A stretch of DNA of 57,829 bases from an uncultured Gammaproteobacteria bacterium. GTDB lineage: Bacteria; Patescibacteriota; Patescibacteriia; Patescibacteriales; UBA12465. The position numbers and the translations under genes were made by a program. Of this stretch, positions 1-10,324 are shown in pieces. The notes beneath the pieces were generated by a model. That model had not been told where the DNA came from. It saw nothing but the letters and a program-made list of their open reading frames with translations, and searched no databases. The stretch lies in NCBI GenBank assembly GCA_964588435.1, contig CAZPPI010000001.1, forward strand, positions 1 through 57,829, in the 5' to 3' direction. Each line of letters starts with the position of its first letter. Position 1 is the stretch's first letter.

Positions 1-156
1 TTTGGTAATATTAGACCTCTCCTGTCGGTCTTAAACACCAAAACGTTGTTGGCTCGCCTGGAGAGACTGCTTTCGGACGTGGGTGGCTAATAATAAATGA
101 TTAACTACCAGAGAGAATTTTTCTAACCAATAAGCATTTAATATGTCCTACTAAAT

Positions 157-3100
157 TTACTCTCCAGACCAGTTCTTACACAAAACTTCGGCTTGTTCCA
201 AAACCGTTTTAGTGGCCAATTCTTGTTTATCGGGTGGATATTTATATTTATTCAACAATTTTTTGACCAAGACACGAAGTTTAGCTTGCACGCTTTGTTT
301 GAGTGTCCAATCAATAGAAGTATTTTTGCGAAGCATAATGACTAACTCTTGAGCAATCTTTTTTAAGGTATCATCTCCCAATTCCATCACCGCACTATCA
401 TTGGCGGAAAGAGCGTCATAAAATGCCACCTCATCTTCGGTCAGATTCAGATTACCACCTCGTTCTTTTTCTTCTCTAATCTTTTTAGCCAATTCTACTA
501 GCTCGGCAATAACCTGAGCAGCTTCAATGGTTTGGTTTTGATATTTTTTAATTGTCTCTTCAAGCATTTTGGCAAACGACCGAGATTTAACCAAAAACTT
601 CTTTTCCATTGTGCGAATCTCGTCATTCAAAAGTCGCTTCAAAACTTCCAAAGCCACATTCTTGCGTTCCAATCCCTGTACCTCCTGCAAAAATTCATCG
701 GACAAGACAGCGACGTTCGGACTTTTAAGTCCGGCCGCGTCAAAAATATTTATAACCTTATCGGAAGTAACAGCATCAGAAACAATTTGTTTAATTGCTT
801 GATCGTAATCTTCCATTGTCGGTCCGCCCAGTCCGCCGGTTTGTTCAAACTTAGCGATAAACGCACGCACTGTTTGAAAAAATGCCACCTCATCACGAAT
901 ACTTATAGCTTCATTACTTGGCACTGACAAAGCAAAAGCCTGTGACAATTCTGCGACAACCTGCAAGTATCGCTTTTTGCCGTTATCCATACCCAAGATA
1001 TGATCCATGGCTTGACCGGCAATTTCAGCTTTATCTCGAGCTTTGTCGGTAAAATAGCCGGAATAATTAAAACCGTGATACATGGTTTTAACCGTTTCGT
1101 ATTTCTCAAGCATGACACTAATGGCATCTTCCTGTTTAACTGTCGGCTCTTCCTTGCCTTCTTGCGTGTAGTACGAGAGAGCTTCTTTGAGAGATGGCGC
1201 GATACCAAGATAATCAACAATAAGTCCGCCCGGTTTATCTTTGTAGACACGATTAACGCGAGCGATGGCCTGCATTAGTCCATGGCCTTGCATCGGCTTA
1301 TCAACATACATCGTATGCATTGACGGCGCGTCAAAGCCGGTCAGCCACATATCACGAACAATAACCAACTTGAGATCGTCTTTCGGATCTTTCATGCGAT
1401 CAGCCAATAAATCCCGATCATCTTTAGTATGAATATGTTTCTGATAATTCGCCGGATCGCTGGCCGAACCGGTCATCACTACTTTTATAAAACCTTTTTT
1501 GATATCGTCGCTATGCCACTGCGGTCGCAATTTTATAATCTCATCGTAAAGTTCAACCGCAATTCTTCTGCTCATAGAAACAAACATGCCTTTGCCATCC
1601 ATTACACCAAGGCGAGCCTCAAAATGTTCTACCACATCTTTGGCGATCAAAGCGACTCTTTTTTCCGAACCGATCATTGCTTCAAGCCGTGCCCACTTGC
1701 TCTTGAGCCTCTCTTTCTTTTCAACTTCTTCACCCTCAGTCAGTTCTTCAAAATCAGCGTCAATTCTAGGAGTAAGCTCTTTTAATAATTCAATCTTAGC
1801 CAAACGAGCTTCGTAATAAATCGGCACAGTGGCTTTATCTAGAACAGCCCGGGTAATATCATAGACATCAATATATTCTCCAAAGACTGCTCTGGTATTT
1901 TTATCGGATAACTCAATTGGTGTGCCGGTAAAACCGATAAATGATGCGTTCGGCAAAGCATCGTGCATATGGCGAGCAAAGCCGTCCAGGAAATCATACT
2001 GACTGCGATGAGCTTCATCGGCAACAACTATGATATTTTTACGGTCAGAAAGAAGCGGATGTTTGTCGCCCTTTTCTTCCGGCATAAATTTTTGAATAGT
2101 CGTAAATACCACACCGCCGGAAGCAACTGATAGAAGTTTTTTCAAATCAGCCCTGTCTTGTGCTTGTCTTGGAGTCTGACGGACTAAATCACTGCAATGG
2201 GAGAATACACCAAACAATTGTCCGTCCAAGTCATTGCGATCAGTTAATAAAACTAAAGTCGGATTATCTAGGGCCTGAATTATTTTACCGGCGTAAAAAA
2301 CCATAGACAAAGACTTGCCGGAACCTTGAGTATGCCAAACCACACCAGCTCGACGGTCGCCATTAGGAGAAGATGCATCAACCGTTCTCTCAACTGCCTT
2401 ATTGACCGCAAAATACTGATGATAAGCCGATAATTTCTTGATAGTTTTACTGACGTTATTTTTAGAGTCCTTTTCGCTTTCAAAGACAATAAAGTTTTTG
2501 ATGACATCCAATATTCTGTCTTTAGTAAAAATACCTTTGATTAAAATTTCCAAGTCATTGGTTTTTGAAATCTTTTTGCCGTCAACACTTTTCCAGCCAA
2601 CAAAGCGATCCATATCAGCCGAGATCGTGCCTACCAAGGCGTTCTTAATATGATCAACTAAAATACAAATCTCATTATAGGTAAACAGAGACGGAACATC
2701 TGCCTTGTAAGTCTGCATCTGGTTAAAAGCACTTTTTATTATCGCATTGGCATCGGCCGGGTTTTTTAACTCAAAGATAGCAACCGGTAAACCATTTATG
2801 AAAATCAAAATGTCCGGTCGGCGATTGCGATTATTTTCAATGAACGTAAATTGATTAACGGCCAGCCAGTCGTTATTGTCTAAATTTTTTGTATCAAAAA
2901 GATAAACCTTATCACCAGCGATTGTGCCATCCTCTCGACTATATTCAACATCTACGCCCTCAACTAACATTTTATGAAAAGCTTGGTTTGTAGTTAAAAG
3001 ATCGGGACTAGAATAAGCAACGCTCACAATCTTTTTTATGGCATCCTCTTGAGCACCGTTTGGGATGTCAGGATTAATTTTGTTAACAGCCGAACGTAGA

Positions 3101-3258
3101 CGATCAATCAAAACAATATCTTTGTATGACTGTCTCTCCGGATGTTCGCCGTCAAAAGCAATATCCGGTCCAAAAGCGACCGCGTAGCCAAGCTCTTCCT
3201 CAAACCATTCAAGGATTGCTTCTTCTAAATCTGACTCGATGTACTTGTAGTGCTTCAT
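157..3258 (-). CDS. hsdR: Type I restriction enzyme R subunit (HsdR)
   Basis: 1033-aa ORF with an HsdR-type N-terminus ([19 protein letters not shown]...). SF2 helicase motifs are present ([22 protein letters not shown]). It is the last gene of a tightly packed minus-strand operon that starts with hsdM. Confidence 0.92.
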   Translation of the reverse strand: MKHYKYIESDLEEAILEWFEEELGYAVAFGPDIAFDGEHPERQSYKDIVLIDRLRSAVNKINPDIPNGAQEDAIKKIVSVAYSSPDLLTTNQAFHKMLVEGVDVEYSREDGTIAGDKVYLFDTKNLDNNDWLAVNQFTFIENNRNRRPDILIFINGLPVAIFELKNPADANAIIKSAFNQMQTYKADVPSLFTYNEICILVDHIKNALVGTISADMDRFVGWKSVDGKKISKTNDLEILIKGIFTKDRILDVIKNFIVFESEKDSKNNVSKTIKKLSAYHQYFAVNKAVERTVDASSPNGDRRAGVVWHTQGSGKSLSMVFYAGKIIQALDNPTLVLLTDRNDLDGQLFGVFSHCSDLVRQTPRQAQDRADLKKLLSVASGGVVFTTIQKFMPEEKGDKHPLLSDRKNIIVVADEAHRSQYDFLDGFARHMHDALPNASFIGFTGTPIELSDKNTRAVFGEYIDVYDITRAVLDKATVPIYYEARLAKIELLKELTPRIDADFEELTEGEEVEKKERLKSKWARLEAMIGSEKRVALIAKDVVEHFEARLGVMDGKGMFVSMSRRIAVELYDEIIKLRPQWHSDDIKKGFIKVVMTGSASDPANYQKHIHTKDDRDLLADRMKDPKDDLKLVIVRDMWLTGFDAPSMHTMYVDKPMQGHGLMQAIARVNRVYKDKPGGLIVDYLGIAPSLKEALSYYTQEGKEEPTVKQEDAISVMLEKYETVKTMYHGFNYSGYFTDKARDKAEIAGQAMDHILGMDNGKKRYLQVVAELSQAFALSVPSNEAISIRDEVAFFQTVRAFIAKFEQTGGLGGPTMEDYDQAIKQIVSDAVTSDKVINIFDAAGLKSPNVAVLSDEFLQEVQGLERKNVALEVLKRLLNDEIRTMEKKFLVKSRSFAKMLEETIKKYQNQTIEAAQVIAELVELAKKIREEKERGGNLNLTEDEVAFYDALSANDSAVMELGDDTLKKIAQELVIMLRKNTSIDWTLKQSVQAKLRVLVKKLLNKYKYPPDKQELATKTVLEQAEVLCKNWSGE

Positions 3259-3262
3259 ATTA

Positions 3263-4879
3263 TTATCTTGGATTAAATGATTTGGTATTACATACTTCTA
3301 ACGCCTCAAAAATTAATGACATATCAGTTTCAAGTTGTGTTTGAGTGATTTTAGATGCCACATCTTTCGCATACTCAACCTTTTTGCCGTCCGCCTGAAG
3401 TTGATGTGCTTCGGCCGAGGTCTTCGTGTATGGTGTCGGGTAATATTCTTCCAAGGATTCAGTCGTCAATTCAAAAACTTGATTGTTATCAAAAAGGTAT
3501 GGATATCCTTGCTTAAATAAATTATATTTTGTCTGCTGCGCAGTGTTTGGCTTATCAATCAATACTATTGCTTTTTCTTTGTAAATTGGGTTATCCGATC
3601 CTGCCAAAGGACAAAATAATTTGTGTACCGCTAAAAGTGTCGGCTCTTGCTCGCTAATGTCTCCACCGGCAAACAAAATTTTTATACCGGCGTATTTATC
3701 CTTATAAAATCTTTTAATAATGGCACTGATAAATTCAAACTCACTTTTACCTTCAACTATTAAAAAGTTCCGTGGCAACAATAGATCGGAAGGACTACCA
3801 CCAAGCAAATCAAAAATGATATTAATTTTATCCACATCCTCAACTTTTTGGATGTCCGTTATTCCATTCGTCTTTTCAACTTTAAAAATAGTTTGGATCT
3901 CATTATTATCAACAACAACCACCGATGAATGGGTATTAACCAAAACCTGATCAGTACCACAAATGTCTATCAACGCCTTTTTTAAAGCTCTTTGAGCAGA
4001 TGGGTGTAAATGTAATTCTGCTTCGTCAATCATAAAAAGAAACGTTCCGCCACCTGTTTGCTTTTTCCTGTAATCAGCAAAAGCTTGAATGATAGACAGC
4101 ATTATTGCCCGTTGCATTCCGTCACCTTTGGCCTCAGCCTTAGTTTCTATTCCGTCATCTACGGTAGTATCAAAACTCTTTAATAAATCGGAAAAGTGTG
4201 GAGGGTTAACTCCAAATTTTACCTTTGTCCCGTCTGGAAATTGTTTTTGCAAATAAATCTCCACCTGACTACCGAGTTTATCAAGCTCTTTCCTAACCTC
4301 TGAATCAGCGTTATCAAAAAGTTTTGTAAATTGTTGTTTAAAATCAATATAGTCTTGGGAACTCTCAATAATTGCTGTCAAAACACCAGAAAGCATTATT
4401 CCGATTGGGTTTTTATCCTTATATTTTGAAACATCATCCAGTCGAATCTTAGTATTTACATATTCCAATTTTGGCAAGAACTCGTTTATTGCAGTATCAA
4501 GACCGGACGGATTACCTTTATCTTCGCCGTTAACAAAATATATTCGCTTATGGTTAGTGCTTGTTTTTAATACAGAAAAAGTCGTTGCATCACCGAGCAT
4601 ATTTTTAATTTTTGTCTTATTTGCGTCAGTAGTAAGTTTATCGATATCAGAAGTTTCAACATTATCAAAAAATATCTCCACACTAATTTTATTAGATTGA
4701 TCTTTACCAAAGTACTCCTCATCCTCAGATGATTTGGCATTATAAAACCACTCTATCGCTTCAAAAAAGTTAGTCTTACCGTGATTATTCTGGCCGATGA
4801 AAACAGAAAATTTACTTGGCTCAACCATGATCTTTTTAAGGGAACGATAATTTTCTACTATAATTTTTGATATTTTCAT
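3263..4879 (-). CDS. OLD-family-like ABC/AAA ATPase with C-terminal Toprim-like domain, embedded in the Type I R-M operon
   Basis: 538 aa. Walker A is GQNNHGKT, with a signature-like GDGMQR, Walker [13 protein letters not shown] and H-loop NTHS. The C-terminal [11 protein letters not shown] ... VLIDKP resembles a Toprim domain. Gaps to both neighbours are 4 nt. Confidence 0.75.
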   Translation of the reverse strand: MKISKIIVENYRSLKKIMVEPSKFSVFIGQNNHGKTNFFEAIEWFYNAKSSEDEEYFGKDQSNKISVEIFFDNVETSDIDKLTTDANKTKIKNMLGDATTFSVLKTSTNHKRIYFVNGEDKGNPSGLDTAINEFLPKLEYVNTKIRLDDVSKYKDKNPIGIMLSGVLTAIIESSQDYIDFKQQFTKLFDNADSEVRKELDKLGSQVEIYLQKQFPDGTKVKFGVNPPHFSDLLKSFDTTVDDGIETKAEAKGDGMQRAIMLSIIQAFADYRKKQTGGGTFLFMIDEAELHLHPSAQRALKKALIDICGTDQVLVNTHSSVVVVDNNEIQTIFKVEKTNGITDIQKVEDVDKINIIFDLLGGSPSDLLLPRNFLIVEGKSEFEFISAIIKRFYKDKYAGIKILFAGGDISEQEPTLLAVHKLFCPLAGSDNPIYKEKAIVLIDKPNTAQQTKYNLFKQGYPYLFDNNQVFELTTESLEEYYPTPYTKTSAEAHQLQADGKKVEYAKDVASKITQTQLETDMSLIFEALEVCNTKSFNPR

Positions 4880-4883
4880 AAAA

Positions 4884-5327
4884 TCATTTCTTGTTTACCT
4901 TATTCCCAATCTTCTGATTAATAGATTTCTTCCACGCAAGTTGTTTATCTGACAAGTTTCTTTTTCTTAAAATATCCATATAGAATTTATACTCCTTGTC
5001 ATTGATCCATTTATTCTTAATTGCAAATTCCAGTGTTTCTGCATTAACTGATTTCTCAATGTTTTTTCTGATTTTTGTAACAGATCGGAAAATCTTATCT
5101 GATTTATTGTTAAATTTTTTTACACAGCAATTACCAACCCGTGATTCATTATTTGTCTTGTTATTTTTTATCAAACAAATTTCAAGTATTGGATAATGCC
5201 CACACAAACATTCTTCCGGATCCTCCACTCTCTCAATACCTATTAACTCCCACTCCAATTTTGCCTCGTCCCATTTTTGAGATTGGCTTAGTTTAAGAAG
5301 TTCAGTTGTTAATTGATATTGAGGCAT
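4884..5327 (-). CDS. Small Cys-rich (putative zinc-binding) protein of unknown function
   Basis: 147-aa ORF between hsdM-S and the ATPase (gaps of 12 and 4 nt). It has CLCGH...(19 aa)...GNCCVKKF cysteine pairs and a basic C-terminus. I recognise no family. Confidence 0.6.
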   Translation of the reverse strand: MPQYQLTTELLKLSQSQKWDEAKLEWELIGIERVEDPEECLCGHYPILEICLIKNNKTNNESRVGNCCVKKFNNKSDKIFRSVTKIRKNIEKSVNAETLEFAIKNKWINDKEYKFYMDILRKRNLSDKQLAWKKSINQKIGNKVNKK

Positions 5328-5339
5328 AATTAAATAACT

Positions 5340-7544
5340 TTAAAAATTATTAATCTCCATCTTTTTAAAGATTAACCTCATGAGTTCATTAAATAGCTCA
5401 TAAATTTTCGGCTCCGCAATCGGGATTGTAAAACTTGCCAAATCTTCTTTATTAAATCCAGCCTGGGCACTTCGATCGCTCATCGATATTAGTCTGTTTT
5501 GAAAATCATCACTTTTTAAGTAATATCGAAGATATTCTCTGTAGTAGTCTTTTTTAGGTACTACCTTAACAAGAGCTACGTTATAAGCACCATCAAGACC
5601 AAAAAGTATTCTCCCCACTGATGCACCATATCGAGCAATCATTATATCTTCCTTATTACATTTCCTTAGCTTCTTACTATCTGGAATAAACGTAAGGTGT
5701 GTATCGGTGTCGTAATCCCTTATCTGTACCAATCTAATATAACCTTCCTTTGGTTCACTTTTAAATTCAGATGCTGGAGGCTGTGTTCCTCCTTCAATAT
5801 TCATCAACTCACTAAGACTTCCGAATTTCCAATTCGATGGGAGTTCTCCGTGTTCCAAACTTAAAATCTTTCCGCCATTACTTTTATACGGCAGGTTGTT
5901 GTCATTAGGAAAATCAAAATCACAAAACCATTGTCTAAAAATTGATCTTCCGAATTCATATAGATCTTTGTTTTGTGCTGATAAAAAGTTTATTGATTTG
6001 TCTGTGTAGCCATACTTTTTTATTATTTGATTTATTTGATCTTGCAAAAATAAGCTTTCGCTATATTGTTTTTCGAACTTATTGAAAATATTATTTACTT
6101 TATTTTCAAAATTATCTTCGTCGCTTCCTACGCCTTGCTTAATATACCTACCAGGTACTAGAACAAAATTATTGTTGTCAATTTCATCAATAGAAACTGC
6201 CCTACAAAAACCTTCTTCATCTTTATAATTACTGTTTATAGATCTCCATGAATGGTATGCTGTTGTAATTTTGTTTAAGTCATCGTTAGTTAATTCACGA
6301 TGGTTCCTATCATTCTCTAATAACTTACCTAAATTTTGTGCATTTATAAACAACACTTCTTTATGCCTGTCTCTGAGCTTATGGTTAAATCTGTCTCGAG
6401 ATACAATCCATATGCATGCAGAGACAGGAGTTGTATAAAAAAGTTTACCGGGCAATGTAACGATACAATCAACTAAATTATTTTTAATTAAATTTTGTCT
6501 TGTTTCTGATTCGCTTGATTGATTAAGCGAACCATTGGCCAAAACAAAGCCAGCGATACCTGTTGGGGCAAGATGATGAATAATGTGTTGAATCCATGCA
6601 TAATTTGCATTACTGTCTGACGGTGTGCCATGTTTCCAGCGAACATCATTTTTTAATCTTTCTCCACCCCAGTCACTAATATTAAAAGGTGGATTTGCCA
6701 AAATAAAGTCTGCCTTCAAGTCTTTATGCAAATCATTATGAAAAGTGTCGGCATTATGAGATCCGAGATTGCCCTCAATACCACGAATAGCGAGGTTCAT
6801 TTTACAAAGCCTCCATGTTGTCGGGTTTGACTCCTGTCCGTAAATTGCCAAGTCGTGAGTTTGTCCACCATGAGCCTCAACGAATTTCTCGCTTTGCACA
6901 AACATACCGCCAGAACCACAACACGGATCGTAAACACGTCCTTTGTATGGCTCAATCATTTCTACGAGGAGTTTAACGACAGATTCAGGTGTAAAAAATT
7001 CTCCACCGCCCTTACCTTCAGCTCCAGCGAAACGACCGAGGAAGTACTCATAAACACGGCCAAGGACATCTTTGCTTCGGGTGGCTTTGTCGCCAAGACC
7101 GATACTACTCATTAAATCGATAAGTTCACCCAGACGAACCTTATCAAGATCAGGACGAGCGTAATTTTTGGCCAGCACGCCTTTAAGACTTGGATTATCT
7201 TTTTCAATAGCGATCATAGCATCGTCCAAAAGTTTGCCAATCTCTGGTTTCTTGGCATTAGCTTTTAAGTATTCCCAGCGAGCCTCGGCCGGAACCCAAA
7301 ACACACCTTCAGAGATATAAGCGTCTTTATCTTCTTCTTGACCTTCGTAATAATCAGAATCAGTCTTGATAGTTTTATATACTTCTTCAAATGAGTCAGA
7401 AATATATTTGAGAAAAATCAAACCGAGAACCACATGCTTATATTCAGCCGGGTCCATATTATTCCTCATTTTGTCGGCCGCTGACCAAAGAGTTTCTTTA
7501 AAGCCGGTATTAGCACCATTTGATTTTGTAGATTGTTTTGCCAT
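5340..7544 (-). CDS. hsdM: Type I R-M methyltransferase (HsdM) fused to a half-size specificity subunit (one TRD)
   Basis: 734 aa. The HsdM N-domain (LWSAADKMRNNMDPAEYKHVVLGLIFLKYISD), SAM motif (DPCCGSGGMF) and catalytic NPPF are present. Residues ~510-734 carry the HsdS central conserved region (FRQWFCDFDFPNDNNLPYKSNGG), a single target-recognition domain and the distal conserved helix. No separate hsdS ORF is present. Confidence 0.85.
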   Translation of the reverse strand: MAKQSTKSNGANTGFKETLWSAADKMRNNMDPAEYKHVVLGLIFLKYISDSFEEVYKTIKTDSDYYEGQEEDKDAYISEGVFWVPAEARWEYLKANAKKPEIGKLLDDAMIAIEKDNPSLKGVLAKNYARPDLDKVRLGELIDLMSSIGLGDKATRSKDVLGRVYEYFLGRFAGAEGKGGGEFFTPESVVKLLVEMIEPYKGRVYDPCCGSGGMFVQSEKFVEAHGGQTHDLAIYGQESNPTTWRLCKMNLAIRGIEGNLGSHNADTFHNDLHKDLKADFILANPPFNISDWGGERLKNDVRWKHGTPSDSNANYAWIQHIIHHLAPTGIAGFVLANGSLNQSSESETRQNLIKNNLVDCIVTLPGKLFYTTPVSACIWIVSRDRFNHKLRDRHKEVLFINAQNLGKLLENDRNHRELTNDDLNKITTAYHSWRSINSNYKDEEGFCRAVSIDEIDNNNFVLVPGRYIKQGVGSDEDNFENKVNNIFNKFEKQYSESLFLQDQINQIIKKYGYTDKSINFLSAQNKDLYEFGRSIFRQWFCDFDFPNDNNLPYKSNGGKILSLEHGELPSNWKFGSLSELMNIEGGTQPPASEFKSEPKEGYIRLVQIRDYDTDTHLTFIPDSKKLRKCNKEDIMIARYGASVGRILFGLDGAYNVALVKVVPKKDYYREYLRYYLKSDDFQNRLISMSDRSAQAGFNKEDLASFTIPIAEPKIYELFNELMRLIFKKMEINNF

Positions 7545-7738
7545 ATTTATTTTAATAAATCATCAATTTTAAGACTTTATTCATTCTTTATAATATATTC
7601 ATCTTTCCTTTATAATCCCATAAATTTACTCGAAAGTCAAAAAAACTGATTTTTAATATTAGCTAAAAAAGAAGACTAAAGTACGACAAATTTTCTCTTT
7701 TTGACTATTAAAACTTTACGTTATAAAATAGGCTTACT

Positions 7739-8812
7739 ATGACTAGTGAAATTCAACAATTAAAAAAGGAGCTTAGCGATTTAGTAATTGAATTTTATAA
7801 GGCCTATTTTAAAATTCTATTTTCTCGCAAGAAAATTAAGCTCAGTGAAAAACTATCCATGTCGAAAGAAGTACCTGGTCTTTTTATGGTTATTAAAAAA
7901 TATTTAAATACCATTGAATCAGCAAAAGCCTTCAGCGGTTTTATGATTGCTCTTAATAAAGAAATTAAAGAAAATGATAAAGACGGGTCTTTATCAGAGG
8001 TTAATTTAAAAAAGATTAAAAATACTCCAACAAAATCATATAATTGGATGTATTACAGTTTATTTAAAGAAATGATTATAGGCACTAGTCTTCTAGCCCC
8101 TGCACTTCAAAAATCTCTTCAAACTGGTAACGTAACACCATTAAAAAAGATAATAATAGATAGCGATATTGAAGGACAACTCAGAGAAATCCAAGCAATG
8201 GAAAAAGAATTAATAGACGCTAAAGCCGATATTTTTATCAAGCCTAAATATTATAAAAAGTTTTTTCTAGATTTTCATAAAACCGTTATGGCTTGGCTTA
8301 AAGCCTTAGAAATGACTAACGAATTTGCCGACACGGAAAGCAAGTTATATAAAGAGCCACTAACTGATGCTTGGAGTAATATTGAAATTAGATTTAAAAA
8401 CAATCATGACATCACTTTAAAAATAGACGGCGAAGAAAATGATTCTAGTTATGAAGAACTAGGCTTTGCCGATACTCGTCAAAATTCTTCTCAAAATGCA
8501 TCCTATGTTAAAAGCTGGAATACTTTAATTCTATTTTCCACTCAAAATGGTCGTATTAAAATGAATGATTATGCCGGAAGCAAAGCTAAAAAAGAATTAT
8601 TTAAGAAAAATAAACAAGACTTATCTAAAAGATTAAAAGCATATTTCAGCCTTAAAGACGATCCGATTATCTATAATGAAAAGAATGAAGAATATCAGAT
8701 AAAAATAAAACTGGCTCCACCGCCAGACTTTAGGGACTCCTGGTCGGACCGCCGCATATCCGAATCAAACACTAAAAAACAACCACCCAAAGAATACCTG
8801 TCCAACTACTAA
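7739..8812 (+). CDS. Hypothetical protein (element A)
   Basis: 357-aa ORF followed by an intrinsic terminator. No recognisable motif. Confidence 0.6.
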   Translation: MTSEIQQLKKELSDLVIEFYKAYFKILFSRKKIKLSEKLSMSKEVPGLFMVIKKYLNTIESAKAFSGFMIALNKEIKENDKDGSLSEVNLKKIKNTPTKSYNWMYYSLFKEMIIGTSLLAPALQKSLQTGNVTPLKKIIIDSDIEGQLREIQAMEKELIDAKADIFIKPKYYKKFFLDFHKTVMAWLKALEMTNEFADTESKLYKEPLTDAWSNIEIRFKNNHDITLKIDGEENDSSYEELGFADTRQNSSQNASYVKSWNTLILFSTQNGRIKMNDYAGSKAKKELFKKNKQDLSKRLKAYFSLKDDPIIYNEKNEEYQIKIKLAPPPDFRDSWSDRRISESNTKKQPPKEYLSNY

Positions 8813-8846
8813 AGAATTTTCCTCGCTATTTCCCTGCTAATTTAAT

Positions 8847-8879
8847 CCTCTAACTTACCTAAAGTTAGGGGATTTTTTT
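8847..8879 (+). terminator. Rho-independent terminator
   Basis: CCTCTAACTT-ACCT-AAGTTAGGGG hairpin followed by a T7 run, 35 nt after the stop codon of 7739..8812. Confidence 0.7.
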
Positions 8880-8985
8880 ATTACCTGCGAAATTTCGTCC
8901 ATATAGGTTAGGAGACAATCAAAAGGTCGAGCTCCTCATTAATTCCTAATCTAAACTATGTGTCAAAAGTTAAATTACCAGCCTG

Positions 8986-9042
8986 TTTGTTTTTTCTTTT
9001 TTCGGCGGCATCCCCTTGGGGGAGCCGAAAAAAGAAAACAAA
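8986..9042. repeat. 57-bp near-perfect palindrome upstream of Rep (candidate replication origin or recombination site)
   Basis: TTTGTTTTTTCTTTTTTCGGC ... GCCGAAAAAAGAAAACAAA arms form about 19 bp with a 2-nt bulge. They flank an inner TCCCC-TT-GGGGA mini-hairpin. There is no U-tract after the hairpin on either strand, so it is not a classical terminator. Confidence 0.55.
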
Positions 9043-9105
9043 GGCGATAAGAAATATTATGCTTCTTAACTTGACTATAAGCACACTCAACAAGATTCCA
9101 AAGAT

Positions 9106-9930
9106 ATGAATGCCAACGAGAGATTAGAACGTGGACGATTAAAGTATTTAGAATACATTAAAAAAGCTAGAGAAAAACGAGCTAAAGGGACTTATAAAAC
9201 CAAAATTATTATCTCCGGATCATTTATTGAAGAATATATTTACCAAAATGAAATTACTTTAGGAAGAAAGGCGGTCCGTAGAAAGAAACGAAAAAATAAA
9301 CCCAAAGAAGAACAAACAGAAATGCGAAGCGGTGCCTTAAGGCGAACCAGAATGACAATTATGAGATTAGTAAATAGCAACCCCGATTTTATCACTTTCC
9401 TCACTCTGACTTTTGATGAAAATAAGTTTGAGAATAAAAAAGATATCACCGAATTTGAAAAGTGCAATTATCTGTTTATGACTTTCATCCAAAGATTAAA
9501 ATATAACTTCCTCGGCATTAAATATCTGGCCGTTCCCGAGTTTCAAGGCGATTATTATTTCCGCACCAATATCAAGAAAGAGTTCGGCGGAGCCATTCAT
9601 TATCACATTCTTCTCAACCAAATGGTTGATACTAAAAAAATTGAAAAAGTTTGGCGGCACGGTTTCGTAAAAATTAACAAGATAAAATCAATCAATAATG
9701 TCGGCTTATACGTCTCTAAATATTTAAGTAAAGAATCTTTTAACCGCAAATATTTCGGCAAGAAAAAGTTCTTTTATTCTCGCAACTTAAACCGCCCTCA
9801 AGAATTTAAAGGCCAAGAATGCGAAGAGATGTTAATGGGCTATTCTCCGCCACCAGAAAAAGTTTATGAAAAGGAATTTAGCAATAAATATCGAGGTGAA
9901 GTAATGGTAAACATTTATCAAATTAAATAA
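9106..9930 (+). CDS. HUH-superfamily rolling-circle replication initiator (phiX174 gpA / Microviridae VP4-like motifs)
   Basis: 274 aa with motif 1 FLTLTF, motif 2 HYHILL (HUH) and motif 3 YVSKYLSK (two-Tyr YxxKY, as in phiX174 gpA YVAKYVNK). Confidence 0.8.
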   Translation: MNANERLERGRLKYLEYIKKAREKRAKGTYKTKIIISGSFIEEYIYQNEITLGRKAVRRKKRKNKPKEEQTEMRSGALRRTRMTIMRLVNSNPDFITFLTLTFDENKFENKKDITEFEKCNYLFMTFIQRLKYNFLGIKYLAVPEFQGDYYFRTNIKKEFGGAIHYHILLNQMVDTKKIEKVWRHGFVKINKIKSINNVGLYVSKYLSKESFNRKYFGKKKFFYSRNLNRPQEFKGQECEEMLMGYSPPPEKVYEKEFSNKYRGEVMVNIYQIK

Positions 9931-9931
9931 T

Positions 9932-10111
9932 ATGGCGAACTTAGAAAAAATTAATTTCGGAGCTTACGGCTACCAGGAATGGCTAATCGGAAAAATTAAC
10001 GGCATGAAAAAAGCACTGGAGACCGGAGAAAGTTTTGAACATTCTGAAAGCCAAGAAATGCTTGAAAGAAAACTAGCCTCTTACGAAAAGGCTCTCAAAG
10101 AAATTGAGTAA
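9932..10111 (+). CDS. Small hypothetical protein (59 aa; below the ORF-track cutoff)
   Basis: The ATG lies 1 nt after the Rep stop codon. The ORF reads MANLEKINFGAYGYQEWLIGKINGMKKALE...KEIE* and is co-oriented in the operon. Confidence 0.45.
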   Translation: MANLEKINFGAYGYQEWLIGKINGMKKALETGESFEHSESQEMLERKLASYEKALKEIE

Positions 10112-10147
10112 AAAGTCCTGCACAAACTTTTTACGATAAATATATTT

Positions 10148-10324
10148 ATGATTAGCAAGTTCAGACTAGAACAACTGAAGATAATCATCAAAAATGATTA
10201 TGGACGAGATCTGACTGATTCCGAGGCATTTGAACTTGGTCACCAATTAGTCGCTTATTATAGCGGTTTAAAAAAGTTGAAATTATCTAGACATTTTGCT
10301 AATATGAAAATGCACACTAATTAA
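10148..10324 (+). CDS. Small protein (58 aa) homologous to the ORF at 18325..18489; candidate recombinase accessory factor
   Basis: MISKFRLEQLKIIIKNDYGRDLTDSEAFELGH... shares the DYG-x2-L-x2-SEA-x2-L core with the 54-aa ORF that precedes recombinase 2. Confidence 0.5.
   Translation: MISKFRLEQLKIIIKNDYGRDLTDSEAFELGHQLVAYYSGLKKLKLSRHFANMKMHTN

Noticed and set aside
1-90. Open frame from the window edge to TAA at 88-90 (...FGNIRPLLSVLNTKTLLARLERLLSDVGG*)
   Set aside because: It may be the 3' end of a plus-strand gene cut by the window. Thirty codons with no motif are not enough to call a feature.
532-3344. Short plus-strand ORFs nested antisense inside hsdR, and similar 60-130-aa antisense ORFs throughout the track (e.g. 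6855..7115, 12573..12860, 22521..23009, 29696..30075, 35743..36039, 40961..41230, 56199..56870, 57469..57777)
   Set aside because: All lie wholly inside longer, motif-supported ORFs on the opposite strand. They have low-complexity, AT-codon-driven composition and no start context. I treated them as spurious.
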